Assembly: GCF_014641945.1 (NCBI RefSeq)
Contig: NZ_BMIJ01000005.1
Location: forward strand, 222,718 to 286,717
DNA from: Marinobacterium zhoushanense
GTDB lineage: Bacteria > Pseudomonadota > Gammaproteobacteria > Pseudomonadales > Balneatricaceae
Reading direction: 5' to 3'
Length of the DNA: 64,000 bases
The notes beneath the pieces are model-generated. The model made no database searches, was not told where the DNA came from, and saw only the letters and a list, made by a program, of their open reading frames with translations. The position numbers and the translations under genes are program-made. Below are positions 19,934-29,292 of this stretch, piece after piece (the stretch's first letter is position 1; every line of letters starts with the position of its first letter).

Positions 19934-21682
19934 TTGGCGGATAGCGAGGCGGCAATGGATAGATACGCGAACGTGGAGGTGAGAAGCACAGTCGACGAGT
20001 ACCTGGAGCGCAGCGACTGGCGGGTCAACGCCAACGCCAACCAGGGCTATTCGCTGGGCGGGCTGATCCTGAATGTGTCTGGTAAGGTGATCGCCAACTA
20101 CTGGCTGAACGAGGTCTACACCCCGTTGATCGGCATGGCGCATCGCGAAGGGGACCTGCATATCCACGATCTGGACATGCTATCCGGATACTGCGCCGGC
20201 TGGTCGCTGCGCACCCTGCTGTTCGAGGGACTCAACGGCATTCCGGGGCGGCTGGAGAGCGGTGCGCCCAAGCATCTATCCAGCGCCGTGGGGCAGATCG
20301 TCAACTTCCTCGGCACGCTGCAGAATGAGTGGGCCGGAGCCCAGGCCTTCAGCTCCTTCGATACCTACCTGGCGCCGTTCATCCGCAAGGACAACCTGGC
20401 CTACGAGCAGGTACTGCAGTGCATGCAGGAGCTGATCTACAACCTCAACGTACCCTCGCGTTGGGGCACCCAGACCCCGTTTACCAACCTGACCTTCGAC
20501 TGGCACTGCCCGGACGATCTGAAGCAGCAGATACCGGTCATTGCCGGCGAGGAGATGCCGTTCAGCTACGGCGAACTGCAGGCCGAGATGGACATGATCA
20601 ACCGCGCCTATCTGGAGGTGATGGACGCGGGTGATGCCAAGGGGCGGGTGTTCACCTTCCCGATCCCGACCTACAACATCACCAAGGATTTTGACTGGGA
20701 CAGCGCCAACGCCGAGCTGCTGTTTCGGCTCACGGCCAAGTACGGACTGCCCTATTTCCAGAACTTCATCTGCTCCGACCTGGAGCCGAACATGGTGCGC
20801 TCCATGTGTTGCCGCCTGCAGTTGGACCTGCGCGAGTTGCTCAAACGCGGCAACGGCCTGTTTGGCTCCGCCGAACAGACCGGCTCCATAGGCGTGGTTA
20901 CGATCAACTGCGCGCGGCTGGGCTACCTTTACAACGGCGACTGGCAGGGGCTTTACGAGCACCTGGACCACCTGCTGATACTGGCCAAGGAGTCACTGGA
21001 ACTGAAACGGCGCCGTATCCAGCAGTTGATGGACGAGGGGTTGTTCCCCTACACCAAGCGCTACCTGGGCACCCTGCGCAATCACTTCTCCACCATCGGC
21101 GTGAACGGCATCAACGAGATGCTGCGCAACTTCAGCGATGACCACATCGATATCTCGTGTGACGAGGGGCAGGCGCAAGCGTTGAGGCTGCTGAACCATA
21201 TCAACGAACGCCTGACCCAGTTCCAGGAGCAGACCGGCCACCTGTACAACCTGGAGGCGACACCGGCGGAGGGCACCACCTACCGTTTCGCCCGCGAGGA
21301 TCGCAAGCGCTGGCCCGATATCCTCCAGGCCGGCACCCGCGAGCACCCCTACTACACCAACTCCAGCCAACTGCCGGTGGGGTATACCGACGATCCCTTC
21401 CTGGCGCTGGAGAAGCAGGATGCGCTGCAGACCCGCTATACCGGCGGCACTGTGCTGCACCTGTACATGCGTGAGCGGATCTCCAGCGTGCGCGCCTGCA
21501 AGCAGATGGTGAAGCAGGCATTGAGCAACTTCGCGCTGCCCTATATCACCATCACCCCGACCTTCTCCATCTGTCCACACCACGGCTACCTGGCCGGGGA
21601 GCATGAATACTGTCCGCGCTGCGACGAAGAGCGACTGCAGCAGAAACTCACACAGAATCAACAAGCACCCGCCTGCACCTGA
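19934..21682 (+). CDS. nrdD: Anaerobic ribonucleoside-triphosphate reductase NrdD, catalytic body lacking the C-terminal glycyl-radical domain
   Basis: Class III RNR core sequence; C-terminal metal-site residues (CPHH…CPRC); ORF stops before any RxxGY glycyl-radical motif; probable start ATG 19955. Confidence 0.85.
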   Translation: MADSEAAMDRYANVEVRSTVDEYLERSDWRVNANANQGYSLGGLILNVSGKVIANYWLNEVYTPLIGMAHREGDLHIHDLDMLSGYCAGWSLRTLLFEGLNGIPGRLESGAPKHLSSAVGQIVNFLGTLQNEWAGAQAFSSFDTYLAPFIRKDNLAYEQVLQCMQELIYNLNVPSRWGTQTPFTNLTFDWHCPDDLKQQIPVIAGEEMPFSYGELQAEMDMINRAYLEVMDAGDAKGRVFTFPIPTYNITKDFDWDSANAELLFRLTAKYGLPYFQNFICSDLEPNMVRSMCCRLQLDLRELLKRGNGLFGSAEQTGSIGVVTINCARLGYLYNGDWQGLYEHLDHLLILAKESLELKRRRIQQLMDEGLFPYTKRYLGTLRNHFSTIGVNGINEMLRNFSDDHIDISCDEGQAQALRLLNHINERLTQFQEQTGHLYNLEATPAEGTTYRFAREDRKRWPDILQAGTREHPYYTNSSQLPVGYTDDPFLALEKQDALQTRYTGGTVLHLYMRERISSVRACKQMVKQALSNFALPYITITPTFSICPHHGYLAGEHEYCPRCDEERLQQKLTQNQQAPACT

Positions 21683-21723
21683 CGGGGCGGCACTAAAACC
21701 AAAGCAAAACCAGGTTAAAGCAA

Positions 21724-21787
21724 GGCCAAACCACACTAGGGCCAAACGAAACTAAGGCCAAACCAAATTAAGGCCAAACCAAATTAA
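21724..21787. repeat. 4 x 16-nt tandem direct repeat (GGCCAAACCAAATTAA-like) in the nrdD / mini-ORF spacer
   Basis: Units at 21724-39, 21740-55, 21756-71, 21772-87; the last two identical; A-rich against a GC-rich background; ends at the SD GGAGAG. Confidence 0.8.
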
Positions 21788-21798
21788 GGAGAGTCATC

Positions 21799-21948
21799 AT
21801 GAACGCAGCCAAACTACTGAAACCGGAAGAGCGTCAGCGTTGCGAAGTCTGGACCCGGGTGATGGGTTACCACCGGCCGGTATCCCAGTTCAACGCCGGC
21901 AAACGCTCGGAACACCGGGAGCGTCGCCACTTCGTCGAGAAAGGCTGA
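21799..21948 (+). CDS. Stand-alone 49-aa glycyl-radical domain of class III RNR (NrdD C-terminal module encoded separately)
   Basis: MNAAKLLKPEERQRCEVWTRVMGYHRPVSQFNAGKRSEHRERRHFVEKG carries the NrdD glycyl-radical signature R-V-x-G-Y…FNxGK…R..HF. Own SD (AAGGAGAG, 7 nt spacing); stop overlaps the nrdG start (ATGA). Not in the supplied ORF track because it is under 60 aa. Confidence 0.7.
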   Translation: MNAAKLLKPEERQRCEVWTRVMGYHRPVSQFNAGKRSEHRERRHFVEKG

Positions 21949-22670
21949 TGGCAATGCGGCTGCGCACACCGAAGGAGCTGCGGGTCAGCGGCATGACACC
22001 GCTGACCACAATTGACTTCCCGGACCACCTGGCCTGCGTACTCTATACCCAGGGCTGTCCGCTGCGCTGCCGCTACTGTCACAACCCCCAGCTGATCCCC
22101 TTTGGCGATCAGCTGGCGTCCCTATCCTGGCTGGAAATTGAAGAGTTCCTGCACAGGCGACAGGGTCTGCTCGAAGCCGTCGTGTTCAGCGGTGGAGAGC
22201 CAACCCTGCAGCCCGCCCTGGCCGCGGCGATGGCCGTGGTCAGGGAGCTGGGTTTCAAGGTCGGGCTGCACACTGCCGGGGTCAGCCCCGAGCGCTTGGC
22301 GCAGCTGCTGCCGCTGGCCGACTGGGTCGGCCTCGATGTCAAAGCCCCATTCCACCGTTATCCACAGGTCACCGGTCGCAACCACCAGGCGCAGCAGAAC
22401 CGCAACAGCCTGGCACTGTTGCTGGCGTCGGATGTCCGCTTCGAATGCCGCACCACCGTGGACTGGCGCCTGTTTACGCCGGACGAACTGCACGACCTGG
22501 CCCGCCAGTTGGCCGAGCTTGGCGTACAACGTTACGCGGTGCAGATCAACCAGGCCCGCAACTGCCTCGATCCCGAGCTGGAGCAGACGGTCACTCTATC
22601 GACCGAACAGCTGAGGGTTCTGAAACAGAAGTTGGCTGCGCTGTTCCCGGTATTTGATTGGCGGGAGTAG
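21948..22670 (+). CDS. nrdG: Anaerobic RNR activating enzyme NrdG (radical SAM)
   Basis: CPLRCRYCHNP radical-SAM motif; ~240 aa from ATG 21948. Confidence 0.85.
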   Translation: MAMRLRTPKELRVSGMTPLTTIDFPDHLACVLYTQGCPLRCRYCHNPQLIPFGDQLASLSWLEIEEFLHRRQGLLEAVVFSGGEPTLQPALAAAMAVVRELGFKVGLHTAGVSPERLAQLLPLADWVGLDVKAPFHRYPQVTGRNHQAQQNRNSLALLLASDVRFECRTTVDWRLFTPDELHDLARQLAELGVQRYAVQINQARNCLDPELEQTVTLSTEQLRVLKQKLAALFPVFDWRE

Positions 22671-22812
22671 GGTCGCGCCCTGCGAACTCATTTGGCTGGC
22701 GTGAGCCACCCCAATATCAATCCTGCTCTCCACTACTGACAGAGTCTGACAGTGGCTCCCTCTAGACTTCGTACCTGTGCATATCGCACGGAACATTCGT
22801 AGAGGAACCACT

Positions 22813-23121
22813 ATGAGCAAGTGTATCGAAACCGTAACTTTTAAACTAAATGCAGGGAGTGACCTGTCCGCTTTTATCGACGCAAACGGGAAAGTGAACG
22901 CCTGGGCGCGCGAGCAGCCGGGATTTTTGACCCGTGACCTGTCCCAACTGGAGGATGATACCTGGCTGGATGTTGTCTACTGGGCCACGATGAGCGACGC
23001 TAAGCGGGCCGGTGAGACCTTTATGAGCGCGCTGGGCGATAGCGCATTCATGTCGATGATCGATCCGGCCTCGGTCAAGATGTCCCACGGCGAACTGCGC
23101 GTCGCCATTCAATCGGAATGA
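22813..23121 (+). CDS. Small ABM/Dabb-like (antibiotic-biosynthesis-monooxygenase fold) protein, hypothetical
   Basis: ~100-aa ORF (ATG 22813) with the alternating pattern typical of the ferredoxin-like ABM fold; weak assignment. Confidence 0.4.
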   Translation: MSKCIETVTFKLNAGSDLSAFIDANGKVNAWAREQPGFLTRDLSQLEDDTWLDVVYWATMSDAKRAGETFMSALGDSAFMSMIDPASVKMSHGELRVAIQSE

Positions 23122-23122
23122 T

Positions 23123-23818
23123 ATGAGTAAAGCGGAGCGTCTGTTCAATCTCTATACCCTGCTGCGTGCCCGGCGGACCGCAATAACGGCAGACGCCATT
23201 GCGTCCGCGCTGGAGGTCAGCGTACGCACCGTGTACCGGGATGTGCAGGCGCTCACGCTGTCCGGCGTACCGATCGAGGGCGAGCCGGGCGTCGGCTATC
23301 TTCTGCGCCCAGGCTATGAGCTGCCGCCGTTGATGTTCAACGCCGAGGAGGTGCTTTCGCTGATGGTGGGTATCCGCATGGTGCGCGCGTTTACCGATCC
23401 CGATCTTGCCAGGGCGGCGCAACAGGCGGAACAGAAGATAACCTCAGTGCTGACGGAGCCGCTCAAGGCGCGTGCCGAAAACCAGCCCTACCGTATACCG
23501 GTGCTTGCCCAGGACGATGCGCTCAGAGAGGTGCATCGCACTCTGCGCGTTGCCTGCGAAGCGCAGCGAAAGGTGCATGCGATCTATGTTGATGAGCAGC
23601 AGAAAAGGACGGAACGGATGTTATGGCCGCTGGGGATAATCGGTTGGACAGGTCGCTGGACCCTGCTTGCCTGGTGTGAAACAAGGCGAGATTATCGCAA
23701 CTTCCGTTTCGACCGCTTTGAGGCACTGACGTGTCTGGACGCGCGATTCACACCTACTCCGGATATCAGCATTCGCCATTTCTTCGAGACGGTGATCGGT
23801 GTTCCCGACAAGGGTTGA
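23123..23818 (+). CDS. YafY-family transcriptional regulator (HTH + WYL domain)
   Basis: N-terminal DeoR-like HTH (…LEVSVRTVYRDVQAL…) and a C-terminal WYL-type domain. Confidence 0.75.
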   Translation: MSKAERLFNLYTLLRARRTAITADAIASALEVSVRTVYRDVQALTLSGVPIEGEPGVGYLLRPGYELPPLMFNAEEVLSLMVGIRMVRAFTDPDLARAAQQAEQKITSVLTEPLKARAENQPYRIPVLAQDDALREVHRTLRVACEAQRKVHAIYVDEQQKRTERMLWPLGIIGWTGRWTLLAWCETRRDYRNFRFDRFEALTCLDARFTPTPDISIRHFFETVIGVPDKG

Positions 23819-23905
23819 CGACAGAGTCTCTAACCAAGGCGATCCGGGGAAAAACGGCGGCCTTCGTTGTTACTGATAACCAATGAAGGCCGCTCAATCC
23901 GGAGT

Positions 23906-24601
23906 CTATAAGGCGGCATGTTCAGGCTGAAGCAAGCGGGCAAGCCAGCTGTTCCGGGCCTGCACGAAAGCGATCAGCGCCTGTGGATAATCGGGATCGA
24001 CCGCCTGCCTGACTGACTCTCTCTGCCGCAGCGACTGCCGCCAGTGTTGGACGTTGGGCAGGCCGTCGAAGATCCCGAGATCGGTCCTTGACTCGAACAC
24101 ATCGAAGTAGCGGAAGATCGGCCCATACACCGCATCAACCAGACCGAACGCCGTGCCGGTGAAATAGGGTGCGGCGATGACCGGCTCAAGCCGCAGAAAA
24201 CGCTCCCTCAATGCCTGCCGTGCTGCGTCGAAGTCCACTTCATAACCCGCGTTGTAGAGCCGGGCGATCAGATTCAGGACGGCGGAGCCGAACTCGATCC
24301 AGGCCCTGTGTTGCGCTCGTTGCAGCGGTTCCTCCGGCAATAGCGGCTTCTCGGTGATCTCGTCCAGGTATTCGCAGATCACGGCGGATTCGAACAGCGT
24401 GTGCCGATGGTCGATCTGCAGCAAGGGTACCTTGCCGGTGGGCGACAGCTCCCGGAACCACTCGGGTTTAGCTGCCAGGTCGATATCGGTGCGGGTATAG
24501 GGCACACCCTTCTCGATCAGGGTGATGACCGAGCGCTGCACGTAGGGGCAAAGCTTGTGGCTGACCAGGTGAAGATGGCGGGCGTTTATTTCGATACTCA
24601 T
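23906..24601 (-). CDS. Glutathione S-transferase family protein
   Basis: Thioredoxin-like N-terminal domain with CPY motif and a GST C-terminal domain. Confidence 0.8.
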   Translation of the reverse strand: MSIEINARHLHLVSHKLCPYVQRSVITLIEKGVPYTRTDIDLAAKPEWFRELSPTGKVPLLQIDHRHTLFESAVICEYLDEITEKPLLPEEPLQRAQHRAWIEFGSAVLNLIARLYNAGYEVDFDAARQALRERFLRLEPVIAAPYFTGTAFGLVDAVYGPIFRYFDVFESRTDLGIFDGLPNVQHWRQSLRQRESVRQAVDPDYPQALIAFVQARNSWLARLLQPEHAAL

Positions 24602-24691
24602 GACGATACCTCCTGCTGTTCTGACAGGGGCAGTATTGGTCTTGCGTTAATCATCGTAAATTGCGAATTTATTCAAAGTAAATTTGCATAA

Positions 24692-25585
24692 ATGCAAATT
24701 AAGGACTGGGGGTTGACGGTGGACTGGAATGGGTTGAAGAGTTTTCTGGCGATTGCCGAGTCGGGCTCGCTATCCGGCGCGGCGCGGGATCTGGGGGTTA
24801 ACCACTCCACCATGTTCCGGCGGTTGCAGTCCTACGAGGCCGAGCTGGGTGGGCGTCTGTTCGACAAGATCGATAACCGTTATGTGTTGACGCAGCTGGG
24901 CGAGGAGCTGCTCGACCGTGGCCGGCAGATCGCCTCCCAATTCGAGGAGATCGAGCGTCGTATTGTCGGCAAGGATGTGCTGCCAAGGGGGCGGGTCAGA
25001 ATCACCGCCCCCTACAACATCGCCAACCGTTTTTTGCCACGCGCACTGGCAGCCTTGCGCGCTACCTATCCCCAGATCCTGATCGAGGTGCTGTCCAGTA
25101 ATCTGGAAGTGAACATGAACAGCCGGATCGCCGATATCGCGATACGGGTCACCGCCAACCCGCCGGAGCATCTGATCGGGCGCAAACTGGTCTCCATCCC
25201 CTGGGGCATATTCGCGTCGCCTTCCTATCTGGAGGGTCGGGAAACGCCCTTCTCTCTGGATGCTCTTGCCGAGCATCGGCTGATTGGCGGTACGGGACAG
25301 ATGTTGAATCTGCCTGCATTCAGCTGGCTTGAGCAGCACTACCCGGTGCAGATCGCCACCCGCTGCGATGAGCTGACGGCGATGTCCCATTTTGCCGAGC
25401 AGGGGCAGGGACTGGCGTTTCTGCCGATGGATCAGGCGCGGGAGGGGATCGTCTGTCTGGGCGAATTCCTGCCCGGCAAGAGCAGTGATCTCTGGCTTTT
25501 GACCCATCCGGATCTGCGGCGCACCGAGCGTATCCGCTTGGTCATGGAGCATCTGACCGGTTACTTCCGCCAGATCGCATATTGA
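24692..25585 (+). CDS. LysR-family transcriptional regulator (probable GTG start at 24719)
   Basis: LysR HTH (LKSFLAIAESGSLSGAARDLGVNHSTMFRRL) plus a substrate-binding domain; divergent from the GST gene. Confidence 0.8.
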   Translation: MQIKDWGLTVDWNGLKSFLAIAESGSLSGAARDLGVNHSTMFRRLQSYEAELGGRLFDKIDNRYVLTQLGEELLDRGRQIASQFEEIERRIVGKDVLPRGRVRITAPYNIANRFLPRALAALRATYPQILIEVLSSNLEVNMNSRIADIAIRVTANPPEHLIGRKLVSIPWGIFASPSYLEGRETPFSLDALAEHRLIGGTGQMLNLPAFSWLEQHYPVQIATRCDELTAMSHFAEQGQGLAFLPMDQAREGIVCLGEFLPGKSSDLWLLTHPDLRRTERIRLVMEHLTGYFRQIAY

Positions 25586-25647
25586 GCGGGTTCGGTCGAT
25601 CTCATGCCTTTAAGTCGACTATTGGCTTGGTAGAGGTCGGCAAGGAT

Positions 25648-27399
25648 CTATTTCAACCAGAACGCGATCAGCGTGAACAGCGCGATCATGAACCAGACCA
25701 GCGACATCAACTGCCAGAACAGCAGCGCGTTGGGGTGCTTCTGCTCCGCCTCGCGCGGAACCAGGAACTCCGGGTTGGGCTGGGTCAGGTCCTGCATCAT
25801 CCGGTCGATGCAGTCATAGCGCTGGCTGGGGTCGATGGCCAGCGCCTTCTCCAGCGCGCGGTCGAACCAGACCGGGATGATCGGGTTGTGGCGGTCGGCC
25901 GGGATATAGGCGAGCTTCTGCAGCTGCTGCGGCTTGTCGCAGTTCTCCAGCCCGTTGCCGTAGGGCAGGTGGTGGGTGAACAGCTCGTAGGTGATCGCGG
26001 CCAGTGAGAACATATCGCCGCGGATACCGGTATTCTGGCCCAGACGGAACACCGGGTCGGAGTAGTTCAGCGTGCCCAGCACCCGGTCGCGCTTGAGCGG
26101 GACGAAGATCTCGTTGATCCCGGCCACGAACACCGAGCCGAAATCGACGATTACCGCGCTGTTGTCGGGGCGGACCATGATATTGCTCGGCTTCAGGTCC
26201 TGGTGCAGCGTCTCACGCTGGTGGAACGCCTTCAGGCCATCGGCGATCTGCTTGATCAGCTCGATCGCCAGCGCCGGTTTCGGTATCGGGTTCTGTTTCA
26301 TCCAGCGGTCCAGTGATACCCCCTCCACCGGTTCCATCAGGTAGTAGAGGAAGGTCTTCGGGCGGTGGGCGATATGGATACGCACCACGTGATCGTTGCT
26401 GATGCGGCTACCGACCCACTCCTCCATGATGAAGCGTTCGATATAGGCGGCGTCATCCTCGAAGTTGCGCGACGGCGTCTTCATCACCCAGCGCTCGCCG
26501 CTCTCGATCTCCTGTACCTGGTACAGCTGGCTGCGGCTGCTGGCGTACAGCTCCTCTTCGATCAGGTAGCCGTCGATCTTCATCCCCGGTTCCAGCTCCG
26601 GCGGGAAGGGCAGCGCGGTGAGCTGTTCGGTGAGCTGGTCCAGTGAGGCGTCGTGCAGTTGATCGACGCGGACCAACTGACAGCTCAGGTTATCCCGGCT
26701 ACCGGCCCGGTAGGCGGCGTTGACCAGTGCCTCGCAACAGCTCTTCAGCTCGCCGCTGCTGCTGGCCAGGCGCAGCAGCGTTTCCGGATCCAGCGAGTCA
26801 TGCACGCCATCGGTGGTGAGCAGAAACAGGTCGCCCGGTTCGATCTCCAGCGGCCGGTAGTCGATCTCCAGGTGGGTATCCATGCCCATGGCGCGGGACA
26901 GGCAGCCCTCACGCTTGTTGAGCTGGGTGACATGATCCTCGGTCAGCTGGTCGAGACGACCGTCCCGAATCAGGTAGATACGGCTATCGCCGATATGGAA
27001 CAGGTGCGCGGTGCGCGACTTGATCACCAGCAGCGACAGCGTACAGACGTAGCCGCGGGTGCTGGAGAGGTACTCATGGCTGCGTGAGTAGAGGGTGCGG
27101 TTGATCGAGGTGAGCACCTTCTGCGCGGACTTGCCCACGGTCCAGATATCGGGGGTGTCGAAATAGTCGCTGAGAAACTCGCGCACACAGATTTCCGCCG
27201 CCTCGCCACCCGCTTCGGCGGTGCTGACGCCATCGGCGATCACCGCCACCGCGCCCTTGGTGGTCAGCAGGTTGCCCTCGGGCTGAACGAAGCCGAGGCA
27301 GTCCTCGTTTCGCTCCTTGCGCCCCTTGTCGCTGCACTGTCCGACGGACAGCTGGATCTCATCCCGTAGATACATCGCCTGCAGGTTCAGGTTGCTCAT
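25648..27399 (-). CDS. Second PP2C-phosphatase / Ser-Thr kinase fusion with C-terminal TM anchor (paralog of 8990..10720)
   Basis: PP2C motifs (ADGVS, TTDG, SRDN); kinase VVMK, HQDLKPSN, DFG; C-terminal hydrophobic helix; 80 nt downstream of narK on the same strand. Confidence 0.8.
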   Translation of the reverse strand: MSNLNLQAMYLRDEIQLSVGQCSDKGRKERNEDCLGFVQPEGNLLTTKGAVAVIADGVSTAEAGGEAAEICVREFLSDYFDTPDIWTVGKSAQKVLTSINRTLYSRSHEYLSSTRGYVCTLSLLVIKSRTAHLFHIGDSRIYLIRDGRLDQLTEDHVTQLNKREGCLSRAMGMDTHLEIDYRPLEIEPGDLFLLTTDGVHDSLDPETLLRLASSSGELKSCCEALVNAAYRAGSRDNLSCQLVRVDQLHDASLDQLTEQLTALPFPPELEPGMKIDGYLIEEELYASSRSQLYQVQEIESGERWVMKTPSRNFEDDAAYIERFIMEEWVGSRISNDHVVRIHIAHRPKTFLYYLMEPVEGVSLDRWMKQNPIPKPALAIELIKQIADGLKAFHQRETLHQDLKPSNIMVRPDNSAVIVDFGSVFVAGINEIFVPLKRDRVLGTLNYSDPVFRLGQNTGIRGDMFSLAAITYELFTHHLPYGNGLENCDKPQQLQKLAYIPADRHNPIIPVWFDRALEKALAIDPSQRYDCIDRMMQDLTQPNPEFLVPREAEQKHPNALLFWQLMSLVWFMIALFTLIAFWLK

Positions 27400-27479
27400 C
27401 CGGCCATCCTCCTATTCTCCCCAAACACGACCGGGTGACACCGTTACCGATGCCACCCGGACCCTGCCTGTGTTGAGAC

Positions 27480-28952
27480 CTATTCCACGCTGATCAGCTC
27501 GACCGTACCGTCCGGCAGCACCTCGGCCATCTGGCCGCTGGGCTCGTCCATGAACTGCACCAGCAGGAACACCAGGCCCGCGGAAGCACCGATCACCATG
27601 AAGAAGGTGGAGTAGTCGACGAAGCTCAACACGGTCAGGTAGCACACCGCACCGACATTGCCGTAAGCCCCGGCCATACCGGCAATCTGCCCGGTCATGC
27701 GGCGCTTGATCAGCGGCACCACGGCGAATACCGCACCCTCACCGGCTTGGACGAAGAAGGAGCAGGCCATGGTGGCGACTACTGCCGCGGGGATCCACCA
27801 GCCGCCGTCGATCCGGCTCAGCACGAAGTAGCCTACAGCCAGACCCAGGATCAGTACGCTGAGGGTCTTGCGACGACCGATACGGTCGCTCAGGTGACCG
27901 CCGGTGGGACGGGCGACCAGGTTCATGAAGGCGAAGCCGGAGGCGAGCAGACCCGCCTTGACCGGATCCAGACCCTCGAAGGTCTCCAGGAAGAACAGCG
28001 GCAGCATGGAAACCACCGCCAGCTCGGAGCCGAAGGTAACGAAGTAGGCCACGTCGAGTACCGCCACCTGCTTGAACTTGTAGCGCTGGATCTCCGGCAC
28101 ACCCTCTTTCAGGTGCTCCTCGTTGACGTGGTAGATCGCCCGCAGCTGGAACAGGAACAGCCCGACCAACACGGCATAGATTGCCTTGGTGCCGAACTCA
28201 TCGAGCAGGCCCAGGTTGGTCGGCGACAGTTTCCAGGTCAGCACCGCCAGCGCGGCGTACATCGGCAGGTTCATCAGGATGTAGAAGACGAAGTCGCCCT
28301 TGCTGGTCACCTCCAGGCCGCCATGTTTCTTCGGCTTGAAGTAGGTGGAGCCCTTCGGGGTGTTGCGTGCCACGCGGTAGAACACGAAGCCGTACAGGAT
28401 CGCCATTACACCGGCAGTGGCCAGTGCGTAACGCCAGCCGTTGTCACCGCCGTAGAGCAGCGCGAGGGTGGGCAGGGTCATGGCGCCGGCGGCGGAACCG
28501 AAGTTACCCCAGCCGCCGTATACCCCCTCGGCCACACCGACCTGCTTGGCCGGGAACCACTCGCCGACCAAGCGGATACCGATCACGAACCCGGCGCCGA
28601 TGAAGCCGCTCAGGAAACGCATGATCGCCAGCTGCTCATAGGTCTGCGCCGCCGCAAAACCGAGGCAGATAAAGCCGCCGATCACCAGCAGCATGCTGTA
28701 CACCACCCGCGGGCCGTACTTATCCACCAGCGTACCGATGACGATACGCGCCGGGATCGTTAGCGCCACGTTAAGAATCAACAGCGCCTTGATCTCGGGG
28801 CCGCTCAGATCGAACGCCTCCTTGATATACGCCATCATCGGCGCATGGCTGAACCACACCACAAAGGTGAGGAAAAACGCGAACCAGGTAACGTGGAGGG
28901 TCTTGATCTTGGGATCGCCAAAATCGAGCAACCTCAGATTGTTGGTAGACAT
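27480..28952 (-). CDS. narK: NarK-type MFS nitrate/nitrite transporter
   Basis: 490 aa, 12 TM segments, nitrate/nitrite-porter signature regions; RBS AGGAG. Confidence 0.85.
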   Translation of the reverse strand: MSTNNLRLLDFGDPKIKTLHVTWFAFFLTFVVWFSHAPMMAYIKEAFDLSGPEIKALLILNVALTIPARIVIGTLVDKYGPRVVYSMLLVIGGFICLGFAAAQTYEQLAIMRFLSGFIGAGFVIGIRLVGEWFPAKQVGVAEGVYGGWGNFGSAAGAMTLPTLALLYGGDNGWRYALATAGVMAILYGFVFYRVARNTPKGSTYFKPKKHGGLEVTSKGDFVFYILMNLPMYAALAVLTWKLSPTNLGLLDEFGTKAIYAVLVGLFLFQLRAIYHVNEEHLKEGVPEIQRYKFKQVAVLDVAYFVTFGSELAVVSMLPLFFLETFEGLDPVKAGLLASGFAFMNLVARPTGGHLSDRIGRRKTLSVLILGLAVGYFVLSRIDGGWWIPAAVVATMACSFFVQAGEGAVFAVVPLIKRRMTGQIAGMAGAYGNVGAVCYLTVLSFVDYSTFFMVIGASAGLVFLLVQFMDEPSGQMAEVLPDGTVELISVE

Positions 28953-29116
28953 TTGACTGCTCCTGAACTGTTGGCAGCTTTAAAAAACGGGTCGAGTCAT
29001 GAGTGACACAGCGCCGATGCAAAGACTCCGTCGCCACGGCAGGATCCAGTCAGGTGTGTTCCGGGCTCATGGAGTATGCGTTGAGGCCAAAATAGGCCCT
29101 TCGGGGTAGGCGAATG

Positions 29117-29130
29117 TTGATGCAGGTCAA
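29117..29130. promoter_or_regulatory. Candidate FNR box (TTGAT-N4-GTCAA) upstream of narK
   Basis: ~170 nt upstream of the narK start codon; a degenerate copy of the GGTA-cac-TTAGTGGTA motif lies ~40 nt further upstream (29166-29188). Confidence 0.35.
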
Positions 29131-29292
29131 CTGGGATTTAGGGTGTTTGCGGAGTGAAATGGGCGTCTACCACTTATGAGGTATGGGGTTGGTGTGTGTT
29201 TAATTATTTGATTTTAAATTGGTAATAGGTTGATTGGTGATAAGGGGAACGTGGATAAGTTAGAGGTTGAGGAATAGGGGGTATCTGGTGGG

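Noticed and set aside
21724-21787. Tandem 16-nt repeats considered as a possible mini CRISPR array
   Set aside because: The units are directly contiguous with no spacers, only 16 nt long, and there are no cas genes; this is a simple tandem repeat.
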